A stretch of 64,000 nt of DNA from Candidatus Latescibacterota bacterium (GCA_965200315.1 OZ241362.1:1024001-1088000), one strand, 5' to 3'; counted from the stretch's first letter, positions 9,896-19,682 are shown. Notes: generated by a model not told the origin, from the letters alone. Made by a program: numbers and translations.

Positions 9896-11914
9896 CTAGT
9901 ATACCACGGACACACTGTTGAACCGCCGCTCGGTCTCCCGATCAGAGCGGATTTCCACTACCGCTAGGTAGATGCCCGGCGGCACAGGGCGAGCGTCGTC
10001 GCCGCGACCGTCCCACTGTAGCTGGATGCGACCGTTTTGGACTTCGGCAGCGTCGAGCCGCCGCACGCGGCTACCAGCCAAGTCGTAGATATTTACCTCG
10101 CCCGGCGCTGGTTCGAGCAGGTGCAGAACCGCATAGCTTATTTCCGCCACGTCATTGGCCCCATCTCCATTGGGGGTGAAGGTCCGCGGCTGGATTGCCA
10201 GCGGACCAGCCACTTGCGAGCCTACGGGAATCCTCACCAGCAACTCGTCGGTATCCTGTTCGGCTGAAGCATCCCCACCCTCGGTCTGTAGCGGCACTTG
10301 TACGCTGGCATCGGCAAAGGCCCGCCCTTGGAAACGCGTACCATAGCGGAACACGGCCGCATCAAAGACAATTTTCAAAAGGGCACCATCGGTGTTGATC
10401 AGGGGTACGCCTAAGGCAAAGTGGTCGTTCTCCACCGCCTCAATGGAGAACGATCCGACGCGCCAAGGCAAAGATACACTGGCTAGATCGCCGCTGAACT
10501 CGGCTCCATCTAGGCGATTGCCCACTCTGTCTTGGATTTCTACCGAATGGAGGGCCGCGATGCGGGCTGGGGTTTCGATCTCAAAGCGCGTGAACCCCGG
10601 CCGGCCCGTAGTATTGGCAATGCGGGCAAAGTACGTAAAAGTCGTCTGTTTGCCAACTTCGGTCCGCGGCGGTCCCACCTCGGCGACGATGCGGTCGACC
10701 GGGGGCCGTGCGAACTGGAAGCCCAAGTCGGCGACAGCGCGGCTAGCATCTAGGCTCAGATTGGTGAAGTCAATGCGGAATTGGAAATAACGCCGTGGCG
10801 CCGGCACCGTCAGCGGGGTCCCATTGTCGACCACTTGCCACTGGACCCAGCCGTTGTCGGTATCGGGCTTGATGGGCCCCTGCTGGTTTTTCGCCAGTTT
10901 TTTGAAGGTTTCTGCTGTCAGCGTATTGCCTTCGCTATCGGTGGACACATATTCGGGTTGCCGCCCTCCTACATTGGCATTGCGGAAAAAGACATTGGGC
11001 GTCGTATCCCGTCCGCTGCGGACGCGGACTTCTATTTTGGAATCCGCGCTATTGCCCGCCGCCACTTCGCTCCAAGCGATTCGCCCCCAGACTACCTCCT
11101 CGCCCAACTCTAGCACATTGGACACATAGCTGGCCGTCGGGACGAATCCCCTGCCGTACACTTCTATCTCGTCAATTTCAAATCCGAGCGTGGAAATCGA
11201 CTTGAGTTGTAAAAAGCGGACAAATTGGGGGTTGAGCTGTGCATCCACCCTCGCCTCGCGGTTGTCTGGATCGCGCCGCACCGGCGAGGTAAAAATGGGC
11301 TGCCCACTGGCAAAGAGGTTTTGCGACAAGCCATCGTTGAGGAACAACTCATATCCCCGCATGAATTCGTTCTCAAAGGGAAACGACGCCGTCATCCTCG
11401 GATAGAACACGATTCGGTCCACTCCAAAGCGTGCGCCGAGGTCGATGCGAATGGTGACGCCGTTGTTGCGCACGATGCGACCGGCCACGAATTTGCGATC
11501 AAAAGCCACTCGGTGGTCGCCATTGAGCATGCCCTCCAATTGCTCTGGATTCTTCTGGCTAGCATCCAGCCCCGGAATATCTATAGTGCCCCCCCGCTCG
11601 AGAACACCGAGCGAAATGTTGAAATCAGAGCGCAAGCGCAGCGGCATGATCCAGTTTTGCAGGGAATCCAAGCCAATGGCGAATACTTTTGCGCCATTGG
11701 CGTCCTCGATAGTTCCCAATTGCTCGACAAAATCGATCACGCCCCCGGGGGTTGTGCCAGAATTGCGCCAAGGATGTTCGTTGCCGCCGACCATAAAAAC
11801 ATCCTGTGCGCTAGTTGGGCACACGGACAGCAGCAGAAGGAAGAGTGGCAAAGGAGGGACTATCTGTAACGATTGCAGAAGCTGGACGCGGGAACCGATA
11901 GGACGATGTGCCAT
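9896..11914 (-). CDS. Secreted discoidin-like protein with C-terminal FlgD-Ig / T9SS type B CTD-like domain
   Basis: IDLGARFGVDRIVFYPR, EIEVYGRGFVP, C-terminal IQPRTFTPNGDGAND...IYDLAG..VRRL...WDGRGDD..VPPGIY...VVY; colinear with 3822-5672. Confidence 0.85.
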   Translation of the reverse strand: MAHRPIGSRVQLLQSLQIVPPLPLFLLLLSVCPTSAQDVFMVGGNEHPWRNSGTTPGGVIDFVEQLGTIEDANGAKVFAIGLDSLQNWIMPLRLRSDFNISLGVLERGGTIDIPGLDASQKNPEQLEGMLNGDHRVAFDRKFVAGRIVRNNGVTIRIDLGARFGVDRIVFYPRMTASFPFENEFMRGYELFLNDGLSQNLFASGQPIFTSPVRRDPDNREARVDAQLNPQFVRFLQLKSISTLGFEIDEIEVYGRGFVPTASYVSNVLELGEEVVWGRIAWSEVAAGNSADSKIEVRVRSGRDTTPNVFFRNANVGGRQPEYVSTDSEGNTLTAETFKKLAKNQQGPIKPDTDNGWVQWQVVDNGTPLTVPAPRRYFQFRIDFTNLSLDASRAVADLGFQFARPPVDRIVAEVGPPRTEVGKQTTFTYFARIANTTGRPGFTRFEIETPARIAALHSVEIQDRVGNRLDGAEFSGDLASVSLPWRVGSFSIEAVENDHFALGVPLINTDGALLKIVFDAAVFRYGTRFQGRAFADASVQVPLQTEGGDASAEQDTDELLVRIPVGSQVAGPLAIQPRTFTPNGDGANDVAEISYAVLHLLEPAPGEVNIYDLAGSRVRRLDAAEVQNGRIQLQWDGRGDDARPVPPGIYLAVVEIRSDRETERRFNSVSVVY

Positions 11915-12031
11915 GGTGAGAATCGGCTCCTTAGTAGATAGCTGAGATTCCAGCCTTGCTCACTTCTCGATAGCGCACCGGAGGCTACAACCTCTTTGAA
12001 GCGTGACATTCGTTACAGGTCGTGGTAGGCT

Positions 12032-12060
12032 ATAATATAGTGTAAAATAAGATAAATCAA
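12032..12060 (-). promoter_or_regulatory. Sigma70-like promoter for the surface-protein locus
   Basis: Minus strand TTGATT-N17-TATTAT in an AT-rich intergenic stretch, about 120 bp upstream of 11914. Confidence 0.5.
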
Positions 12061-12168
12061 GAAAGCCTAAAGCCTAGCTTTAATCCGCATGCACATCGTG
12101 ATTGTTCATCCGCCCCGTACTCTTGAATAAGGCCCCACACGCTCTTTCCAATAGAAAAGAACGCATCC

Positions 12169-12490
12169 ATGCGGACCATCGGCCCCGATCCCTACTTCGC
12201 CTACAAGGCCGATTTCTTCCGCGATCTCTTTCCGGCCGGGATCGAGGGGTTTTTCACGTCTTGGGGCACCGAACACTGCATCCAACGGCTGCTGTGGTCA
12301 GCAGGCTCACCGGTACTGGGGCAGGAATACTTGCTCAACACGCGGTATTTCAGTGGTTCGGGCTGCTGTACGGAACGGTTGGGGATCAGCACACCGGGCC
12401 GGAAATCGAAGCGCTGATGGTTGAAGCGGGCTTCAGCGAGACGGAGTGCCGCCCCCTCGACTGCGAGCAGGGGATCGCGGTTAGCGGTCC
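12169..12490 (+). pseudogene. Degraded C-terminal fragment of an O-methyltransferase (Methyltransf_2-like)
   Basis: ADFFRDLFPAG..WGTEHC..LL..QEYLLN in one frame continues as LLYGTVGDQHTGPEIEALMVEAGF in another; N-terminal part absent. Confidence 0.45.
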
Positions 12491-12801
12491 GTCCTGCCGC
12501 GACGTTCCTGCTGCGGCACCAACCAGACCAAGGTCGCCCCCCAGCCGCCGCCACCGTCGCCAGCCAAGCGGAATGCCTCCACCTCGGGCAAACGGGCCAG
12601 AATGGCGTGGACCGAGCGCCGCAACTGGCCCGTGCCCTTGCCGTGGATGACGCGCACCTGCAAAATGCCAGCTTGGCGACAGGCATCCAAATAGTCGGGC
12701 AACAGCTCTTTGAGGTCGCGCGGATGGAAGGTGTGTAAGTCCAGCGTACCGTCGATGGGCACTTCCACCGCTTCAGGCTCTTCCCATTCTTCTGCGGTCA
12801 T
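12481..12801 (-). CDS. Smr/MutS2 C-terminal domain protein
   Basis: LDLHTF..VRVIHGKGTGQLRRSV..GGWGATLV signature; likely start ATG 12801. Confidence 0.9.
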   Translation of the reverse strand: MTAEEWEEPEAVEVPIDGTLDLHTFHPRDLKELLPDYLDACRQAGILQVRVIHGKGTGQLRRSVHAILARLPEVEAFRLAGDGGGGWGATLVWLVPQQERRGRTDR

Positions 12802-12805
12802 CGTC

Positions 12806-13942
12806 CTAAGCCTTGCGAGCGCGGAGTTCCGTAGAACTAATATCCATTCTAAAGGGAACCGACTCGAAAAGGTCTGCGTACTGTGCGGGTACATCTATAT
12901 CGACTAAGGTGCAATACGCATCTCCATCCACCCGACCAGCCACCCAAAAGCGACAGCCCCCAGCGGCAAATTCCTCCAAGGCCGCGGCCAAGCCCTGCTC
13001 CCCTTCATCGTAATAGTGGCCCTGCAAAAGCCGCACCGCCGTATCGTACCCCAGCGCGAAATGGCAACCGCCAAAGAGCCGAGCCTTCTGCAAAAAGGTT
13101 GGCGACCGCGTCATCACCACAGGGAAACGACCGCGCATCTGCGCCAAACGCCGCTCGACCTCGCTCCTGTGCAGGGGTGGCTTATCGACATTTTCAACGG
13201 ACATTTCCAAGCTCGGCTGGCGACCGCTTAGCTGTCCCGCCGCGGCCGCGAGCCGCTCGTGCCCTGCGTGCAGCGGATTGAAAGAACCGCACAAGAGCAG
13301 ACGCTGCCCGCGCTCGGCCTCCGGGTAGATCGCCCCATCAGTACGCATTTCGACGACGTCCAACTCGCCCGCAAACAGCAAACCCAGCGGATCGTCCAAC
13401 GACAGCTCGCGCCGCGCAAGATGCGCGTAATTAGGCAACGATTCACCAGCGACCGGGCCGCCGCAGGCCTCCCCTATGGCCTCCAAGGCCAAGCGGCTCA
13501 AGGCCTCCTCTTGCGCCAAGCGGTCGGCAGCGCCCTTTGCAAAACGCAGGGTGTACAAGCGATAGGCGTGCTCCAAGCGCAGCGCGATACAGCCCCGGTC
13601 CGCACCGCGCCGCGGCCTGCTCGTCGCCAAGGCCGCACTACAACCCACGCCGATGCAGCCCGGTCCCGGGTCGGCAAAGGCCGCGGCCCGCACAAAGGCC
13701 CGCCCCGCCATATCCCGCGCTGTTTGCTCGTTGGCCCCATGCGGCCCCGCCGCGGCCAAATACGCCGCTAGCGCCCGCTCGCTATAGGGCACTTGGGCTT
13801 CGACGATGGCGCGCGAGGCCCCGGGGTGATTCAAGAGCCAGCTAATGAGTTGGCTGCCCCCGCCAGTGGTCGCCAAGGCCAGCCGGAGGCCGCTGTGCAA
13901 TACGGCTTCGACCTGCGCCCAGATGTCGCTGGAGACGCGCAA
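12806..13942 (-). CDS. CinA/PncC-like domain fused to NadD-like (HIGH) nucleotidyltransferase
   Basis: N-terminal TTGGG..PGAS..VPYS..TARDMA; C-terminal GSFNPLHAGH, GYDT, DISSTELR. Confidence 0.75.
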   Translation of the reverse strand: MRVSSDIWAQVEAVLHSGLRLALATTGGGSQLISWLLNHPGASRAIVEAQVPYSERALAAYLAAAGPHGANEQTARDMAGRAFVRAAAFADPGPGCIGVGCSAALATSRPRRGADRGCIALRLEHAYRLYTLRFAKGAADRLAQEEALSRLALEAIGEACGGPVAGESLPNYAHLARRELSLDDPLGLLFAGELDVVEMRTDGAIYPEAERGQRLLLCGSFNPLHAGHERLAAAAGQLSGRQPSLEMSVENVDKPPLHRSEVERRLAQMRGRFPVVMTRSPTFLQKARLFGGCHFALGYDTAVRLLQGHYYDEGEQGLAAALEEFAAGGCRFWVAGRVDGDAYCTLVDIDVPAQYADLFESVPFRMDISSTELRARKA

Positions 13943-13948
13943 GCTGCT

Positions 13949-15364
13949 TTATCCCGCGAAGAAGTCGAAGGCACCGCGCAGGCCCCAGCCCGTGAGGAAG
14001 ATGCCGCTAACCAAGTTGAGCACCCGCAGCGGCCATCCCATGCGCAGCGGTGATGGCAAGAAGCGGCGGTCGGTCCACACCATCAGCAGACACCACAGAC
14101 CGCAGGTGAGGACCCCACCGAAGATCGCCGCTGGCGTCACGATCGCCACCGGGTTGCCGCCCATCCACATAATGGCGACGCCACCAACTCCGCAGTAAGC
14201 CACCACCCACGGCCGCAACCGGCCCACGGGCACCTCGCGCATCCGCCGGACGATGGGCCGCAAGCATTCGTGGGTGGTGCGCGTATAGAGCTCGTACGCG
14301 GCCATGATGGTGCCAAAAAACGCGGTGAACACGCCCAATTGGTACATATAGACCAAGGCTGGATGCAGAAGCGTGAGGAAATCGGCCTGCACCGACAGTA
14401 GCTGCATCCCCTCCGGTACGATGTGTTGGGGACGGAGCACGGCCGCGCCGAGCATCACAAAGGCCATGGTAAAAATCACCACGCAGGCAAAGGACACCCC
14501 GGAGTCCACCAAGGGACCCCGCAGCCAAGCACGGCCCCGGGCGATATTTTCGTCGTCGGACGCAATGGCCACGCCCTCCTCCGCGGCCTCCACTTTGCGG
14601 CCCAGCAGGCCCCAAGCCTTCTCCCGCAACATGCCGATGTAGCCAAAGTAGTCCTGAGTGCCGCCGCCGATTGCCCCTAAGTAAGTGCCCAACTCCACCC
14701 ACGCCGAACGCGCTGCGACCGCCGGATACTTGCTAATCAGCCAAGGATCATACGCCGGCATGGTCGGCACGATGGAACCTATCAGCACCGCCAGCCAGTC
14801 GGGCTGCGCGGCCGCGGCGGCCGTCAAAATCGAGAGCAGCAGGACGCCGACGACCACCGTCTGAAATTTCTCCAGTGCGCCATAGCTCTGGATCATGGTA
14901 ATGGCGATGGCCAAGACGACAAAAGCCGTGCCCCACACGCGGGGATCGCCCCATATCGCCAATCCCTCACAACCCAAAATCCACACCGCCAGCCCGCCGA
15001 GCATCTTGGGCAAACCCGATAGCCACAGCGGGAAGCAAAGCACGGTCAGCACCGCCATGACCCACACCACCCAGCCCTGCGGTCCGGGCAAAAACTTCCA
15101 GCGTTCGAGCGGATGTTCCCCCGTCAGGGTCATGTAGCGCGCCGCCGTATAGACTTGAACGAACTTCATCAAGCCGCCGCCGATAAAGCACCACAGCAGG
15201 GCATAGCCGAACACCGCGCCGCCCCGCGAGGCAAAGACCGTCTCGCCGCTGCCGATCGTCACCGAGGCGATGATGGCACCTGGGCCAAAAATGCGCAGCA
15301 TAGCCCCCAAGCCGCGCGCCTGCATTTCCTCGCTGAGCGCGGGATAACGCCGCTCTTCACTCAT
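13949..15364 (-). CDS. NRAMP-like (APC superfamily) membrane transporter
   Basis: FGPGAIIASVTIGSGE, GAVFGYALLW, about 11 hydrophobic segments. Confidence 0.8.
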   Translation of the reverse strand: MSEERRYPALSEEMQARGLGAMLRIFGPGAIIASVTIGSGETVFASRGGAVFGYALLWCFIGGGLMKFVQVYTAARYMTLTGEHPLERWKFLPGPQGWVVWVMAVLTVLCFPLWLSGLPKMLGGLAVWILGCEGLAIWGDPRVWGTAFVVLAIAITMIQSYGALEKFQTVVVGVLLLSILTAAAAAQPDWLAVLIGSIVPTMPAYDPWLISKYPAVAARSAWVELGTYLGAIGGGTQDYFGYIGMLREKAWGLLGRKVEAAEEGVAIASDDENIARGRAWLRGPLVDSGVSFACVVIFTMAFVMLGAAVLRPQHIVPEGMQLLSVQADFLTLLHPALVYMYQLGVFTAFFGTIMAAYELYTRTTHECLRPIVRRMREVPVGRLRPWVVAYCGVGGVAIMWMGGNPVAIVTPAAIFGGVLTCGLWCLLMVWTDRRFLPSPLRMGWPLRVLNLVSGIFLTGWGLRGAFDFFAG

Positions 15365-15466
15365 GGGAACAACTCCTCTTTTGCCGGTGGATCGCCCATA
15401 ATATCGCGCCAGCTACTGCTTGTCAAACACCCAGAGCACAACCATATTTTTTGCGAGAGCCATCCC

Positions 15467-16324
15467 ATGAACATCGCCAAAGCCATCGTGCCGGTAGCCG
15501 GTCGCGGCACCCGACTCCTACCCACGACCAAAGCCTTGCCCAAGGAAATGCTGCCGGTGGGCCGCCTGCCGGTCATCCACCACGTTGTCGAAGAGCTAGC
15601 AACCGCCGGCATCCGCCAAATCCTCTTCGTCACCGGACGCGACAAAAGCGCAATCGAGAATCACTTCGACGACAGCGGCGCAGCGGCCTGCTACTTGGGC
15701 TACCGCGAGCGCAACATCGAGTTTTTCTTCGCACGCCAACCCCAGCCTCCCGGCACCGGCACTGCGGTTGCCACCGGGGAGGCTTTTGCTGCTGGCGAGC
15801 CTTTCGTCGTGGCCTTCGGCGACAGCATCGTACGCACGCGCAGCGGCCGCCCCCTGTTGCAGCGGATGATCGACTCGCACCTGCACCATTGCGCCGCCTG
15901 TACCATCGGCGCGTACGAAGTGCCCGAAGACCGGATGCACCACTACGGCATCTTGGTGCCCGAAGTAGCCACAGCCGAAGATTCCAAGCTGACCGCCATC
16001 CTCGAAAAGCCAACGCCCGCGCAAACCTCCAGCCGCTTGGCCGTCAGTGCGCGCTACGTGTTTTCGCCAGCCATTTTCGCCTATATCCGCGCCACCGCAC
16101 CCTCGCCGAGCGGAGAGCTATACCTCACCGATGCAATTGCCGCCCTAATCGCCGCCGGTGCCCCGGTGCGCGCCGTGCGCTTGGGCACCGACGAGCAGCG
16201 CTGCGATATTGGCAATCACCTATCCTATTTCACGAGCTTTGTCGACTACGCGCTCGACGACCCGGAATGGGGCGCGCAAATCCGCGCCTATTTGCAAAAA
16301 AAACTAGCGGACGACTCATCTTGA
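15467..16324 (+). CDS. galU: UTP--glucose-1-phosphate uridylyltransferase
   Basis: KAIVPVAGRGTRLLPTTKALPKEMLPVG, VTGRDKSAIENHFD, EKP, GELYLTDAI; start ATG 15467. Confidence 0.85.
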   Translation: MNIAKAIVPVAGRGTRLLPTTKALPKEMLPVGRLPVIHHVVEELATAGIRQILFVTGRDKSAIENHFDDSGAAACYLGYRERNIEFFFARQPQPPGTGTAVATGEAFAAGEPFVVAFGDSIVRTRSGRPLLQRMIDSHLHHCAACTIGAYEVPEDRMHHYGILVPEVATAEDSKLTAILEKPTPAQTSSRLAVSARYVFSPAIFAYIRATAPSPSGELYLTDAIAALIAAGAPVRAVRLGTDEQRCDIGNHLSYFTSFVDYALDDPEWGAQIRAYLQKKLADDSS

Positions 16325-16348
16325 CAGTCTCTTGCAAATCCATAATGT
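16321..16348 (+). promoter_or_regulatory. Possible sigma70 promoter of the sulfite reductase operon
   Basis: TTGACA (overlapping the galU stop)-N16-TAATGT. Confidence 0.4.
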
Positions 16349-16394
16349 TAATAAGGTTTAATTGGAAGCTAACCACACAGAGGCGGTTTTAGGC

Positions 16395-18638
16395 ATGAGC
16401 GCAGCAAGTAGTTGGAAAGAAAAACTAGCCGGGCAAATGCCCGCTGAGCTAGCCGACGAAATCGACACCTTCGAGACTCAAATTCACCTGCGCAAGCAGG
16501 GCAAGATGGAGGAGAAGCTCTTCGCCGAGACGCGGTTGCGCCGAGGGGTGTACGGCCAGCGCTACGACAACGGCCAGCGCTACGACGGCGCTCAGACTCA
16601 ACAGCTACTCTTCCCCGAGCATCAGACCAAGGGGCCAGACACGGTCTGGCACGCCCCGGGCATGATGCGGATCAAAATCCCATTCGGTGGGCTGACGGCC
16701 GAGCAGATGGAAGTGCTAGCCGACGTGGCCGAAGAGTACTCCGAGGAAATCCTGCACGTCACCACGCGCCAAGACTTCCAAATCCACTTCATCCACCTCG
16801 AAGACACACCCGACCTGATGCGCCGCCTAGCCTCGGTGGGCATCACCACGCGCGAGGCCTGCGGCAACTCAGTGCGCAACGTCACCGCCTGCCCCCTCTC
16901 CGGCGTCTGCCGCACGGAAACCTTTGACGTAACGCCCTATGCCCAAGCCCTCATGCGCTTCCTGCTCGGGCATCCCGACTGCCAAGACTTTGGGCGCAAG
17001 TTCAAGATCGCCTTCTCTGGCTGCCAGCACGAATCCTGTGGCCTGACCAACATGCACGACCTAGGCGGCATCGCCGTGGTCAAGACCATCAACGGAGAAG
17101 AAAAGCGCGGCTTTAAGCTCTATGTCGGCGGCGGTTTGGGCGCAGTGCCACACCAAGCCCAGCTCTTCGACGAGTTCGTGCCCGCCGAGGAATTGCTGCC
17201 CATCGCCCAAGCCATCGCCCGCGTCTTTGCCCGCCTCGGCGAAAAGAGAAACCGCAATCGCGCCCGCATTAAGTTCCTCGTGGCCAAGTTAGGCATTGAG
17301 GAATTCCGCCGCTTGGTGTTGGAGGAACGCGCCATCCTGCCCGAAGATCCGAGCTGGACCGCGTTCTTAGACGACCTGCACACCACCGATGAGCAGCCGC
17401 TCAAGCCGGGCCAACCCCTCAACGGCGTGGCCGCGAGCGAAGGCTTCGTCGAATGGCACCGCACCAACGTCTATCGGCAGCGCCAAGCAGGCTATGCGGT
17501 CGCCACCGTGGTCTTGCCGCTAGGCGATATCACCTCTAGCCAGCTACGCGCATTGGCCGCCATCAGCCGGCGCTACGTGCGCGAAACCGTCCGCACCACG
17601 GTCGAGCAAAACCTCGTCCTGCGCTGGGTCAGCGAAACCGATCTGCCCCACCTCTACGACGAGCTCGTGGCCCTCGGCCTCGCCGAGTCTGGGGCCGGGA
17701 CCATTGCCGACGTGACGGCCTGCCCTGGCACCGACACCTGCAAATTAGGCATCGCCTCCTCGCGCGGCTTAGCCGCTGAGTTGCGCAATCGTCTCACTGA
17801 GGAAAACGGTCAGCTCAACGAGGCCATCGAGGCCCTGCGGATCAAAATCAGCGGCTGCTTCAACTCCTGCGGCCAACACCACGCCGCCGACATTGGCTTC
17901 TACGGCAACAGCCGCAAGATCAACGGTATCACCGTACCGCACTTTCAGGTCGTCTTGGGCGGCCAATGGCGGGAAAACGCCGGTTCCTTTGGCTTAGCCA
18001 CCGGTGCCGTGCCCTCTAAGAACATTCCCGAGGTCGTCACCCGCTTGGCCAAGCACTTTGTCGCCGAGCGCACCGCGGACGAGCCCTTCAAGGATTTCAT
18101 CACCCGCATCGGCAAGCGCCAAGTCAAGGCCATGCTCGAAGATCTGACCCAAGTGCCGTCCCACGAGGAAAACAGTTGGTACTACCAAGACTGGGGCGAC
18201 ACCCGCGAGTTTACCATGGATGACCTCGGCAAAGGCGAGTGCGCCGGCGAGGTCGTTTCCATCACGACCATGGAAATCGCCGCGGCCGAGCGCGAGGTAT
18301 TTGAAGCGCAAGTCGCCTTCGACGAGGGCCAGCTAGAAATCGCTTGGCAAGGCGCTTTGAACGCCATGCTGCGCGCAGCCCGCTCCCTAGTCAAAGAGCA
18401 ATTCTACGACGTGCCAGAAACGCCCGAGGTAGCGGTGGCCGAATTTCGCGCACGCTTCTACGACAGCGAATTGTTCTCGCCGAAATTCGCCAACTACCTC
18501 TTCGCCGCGCATCAGAACCCGCCGAGCGAATTGACCAAGGTGCAAGTCCACCGCTTTATCGAAGAAGCGCAGCTCTTCATCGAAGGCGCGTACACCTGCT
18601 ACGACAAAATCGCCGTACCCGCCGGCGCTACCGCTTGA
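16395..18638 (+). CDS. Ferredoxin-dependent siroheme sulfite/nitrite reductase with C-terminal helical (HEPN-like) extension
   Basis: RLRRGVYGQR, MMRIKIPFG, HVTTRQDFQ, GNSVRNVTACP, RKFKIAFSGC, ACPGTDTCKLG, KISGCFNSCGQH. Confidence 0.9.
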   Translation: MSAASSWKEKLAGQMPAELADEIDTFETQIHLRKQGKMEEKLFAETRLRRGVYGQRYDNGQRYDGAQTQQLLFPEHQTKGPDTVWHAPGMMRIKIPFGGLTAEQMEVLADVAEEYSEEILHVTTRQDFQIHFIHLEDTPDLMRRLASVGITTREACGNSVRNVTACPLSGVCRTETFDVTPYAQALMRFLLGHPDCQDFGRKFKIAFSGCQHESCGLTNMHDLGGIAVVKTINGEEKRGFKLYVGGGLGAVPHQAQLFDEFVPAEELLPIAQAIARVFARLGEKRNRNRARIKFLVAKLGIEEFRRLVLEERAILPEDPSWTAFLDDLHTTDEQPLKPGQPLNGVAASEGFVEWHRTNVYRQRQAGYAVATVVLPLGDITSSQLRALAAISRRYVRETVRTTVEQNLVLRWVSETDLPHLYDELVALGLAESGAGTIADVTACPGTDTCKLGIASSRGLAAELRNRLTEENGQLNEAIEALRIKISGCFNSCGQHHAADIGFYGNSRKINGITVPHFQVVLGGQWRENAGSFGLATGAVPSKNIPEVVTRLAKHFVAERTADEPFKDFITRIGKRQVKAMLEDLTQVPSHEENSWYYQDWGDTREFTMDDLGKGECAGEVVSITTMEIAAAEREVFEAQVAFDEGQLEIAWQGALNAMLRAARSLVKEQFYDVPETPEVAVAEFRARFYDSELFSPKFANYLFAAHQNPPSELTKVQVHRFIEEAQLFIEGAYTCYDKIAVPAGATA

Positions 18639-18644
18639 GTCTCT

Positions 18645-19223
18645 ATGGAACCTCTACAGCGCATCAACCTCAAATTCTACCTCGAAGACCCCGCGTCCCT
18701 GTCGGCCCAAGAGGCTTTTCGCATCTTCAATAGCTGGATCCCGACGACCCCAGCCGAAGTCCTCATCGACGTGGCTGACTACAGCCATTTAGATGAGGGG
18801 CCGCTGACCCTGCTCGTCGGCCACGAAGCCAACTACAGCCTCGACAACCACAGCGCCGAGATGGGCTTGCTCTACTCGCGCAAACAACCCGCCGACGGCG
18901 ACCTGACCGAGCGGCTTGCCAGTGCCTTCAAAGCGGCGCTCATCGCCTGCCGACGCCTCGAAGAAGACCCCAGCTTAGCGGGCAAAGTCAAATTTCGCAG
19001 TGGCGACGTGTCCCTAGTAGCCAACGACCGCCTCAATGCAACCAACGACGACGACGGCGAAAACGCCCTGCGGGCCGCCCTCAGTCCGGTGCTCGCCCAG
19101 ATCTTCGCCGGTGCCGAGTACTCGGTAGAGCGCGATCCTGCCCCGGAGCTGCGCCTCAACCTGAGAATACGCTGTCAAACCGACGCCGACACAGCGACCC
19201 TGCTGGGCAATCTCGCCGCTTGA
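18645..19223 (+). CDS. Hypothetical protein, probably co-transcribed with the sulfite reductase
   Basis: 192 aa, 6 bp after the reductase stop, native-looking codon usage; LIDVADYSH..GP..LLVGHEANY..GLLYSRK. Confidence 0.75.
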   Translation: MEPLQRINLKFYLEDPASLSAQEAFRIFNSWIPTTPAEVLIDVADYSHLDEGPLTLLVGHEANYSLDNHSAEMGLLYSRKQPADGDLTERLASAFKAALIACRRLEEDPSLAGKVKFRSGDVSLVANDRLNATNDDDGENALRAALSPVLAQIFAGAEYSVERDPAPELRLNLRIRCQTDADTATLLGNLAA

Positions 19224-19306
19224 CAGAGGCAAGTAGGCCCGTATTTTTGCGATAGTTCCCGATTTAAAGAAACAATGAAGCAATAGCACCTTATTGGGAG
19301 GAACCC

Positions 19307-19621
19307 ATGGCTTATTACATCACCGAAACCTGCATCGACGTCAAAGACAAGGCCTGCGTCGAGGTTTGCCCCGTGGACTGCATCCATCCGATCGACGGCG
19401 AAGGCGAACCCATGCTCTACATCGACCCGGACGAGTGCATAGATTGCGGTGCCTGCGAGCCGGAGTGCCCGGTCGAGGCGATTTTCGCCGAAGAGGACAT
19501 GCCCGAGGATCAAGACCGCTTCGTCGAGATCAACACCAAGTACTTTGAGCTGCGCGACGACGCCGAAGAATGGAACGAGTGGAAGCAGGAACACGCAGCC
19601 GAATTCGAAAAGACGAGCTAG
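19307..19621 (+). CDS. fdxA: 7Fe-type ferredoxin (FdxA family)
   Basis: MAYYITETCIDVKDKACVEVCPVDCIH..LYIDPDECIDCGACEPECPVEAIF; GGAGG RBS. Confidence 0.9.
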   Translation: MAYYITETCIDVKDKACVEVCPVDCIHPIDGEGEPMLYIDPDECIDCGACEPECPVEAIFAEEDMPEDQDRFVEINTKYFELRDDAEEWNEWKQEHAAEFEKTS

Positions 19622-19635
19622 GAAGCACGTCCTTT

Positions 19636-19682
19636 GCGCGAAAAAGCCGGGATGCCCCACGGGTTTCCCGGCTTTTTCGCGC
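19636..19682 (+). terminator. Strong inverted repeat after the ferredoxin gene
   Basis: GCGCGAAAAAGCCGGGA-N13-TCCCGGCTTTTTCGCGC, 17-bp stem. Confidence 0.65.

Noticed and set aside
12003-12017. Imperfect palindrome GTGAC-N4-GTTAC downstream of the locus promoter
   Set aside because: Single short instance with no regulator nearby; too weak to call an operator.
16551-16590. Tandem duplication encoding YGQRYDNGQRYDG
   Set aside because: In-frame coding motif of the reductase; not a mobile or CRISPR repeat.
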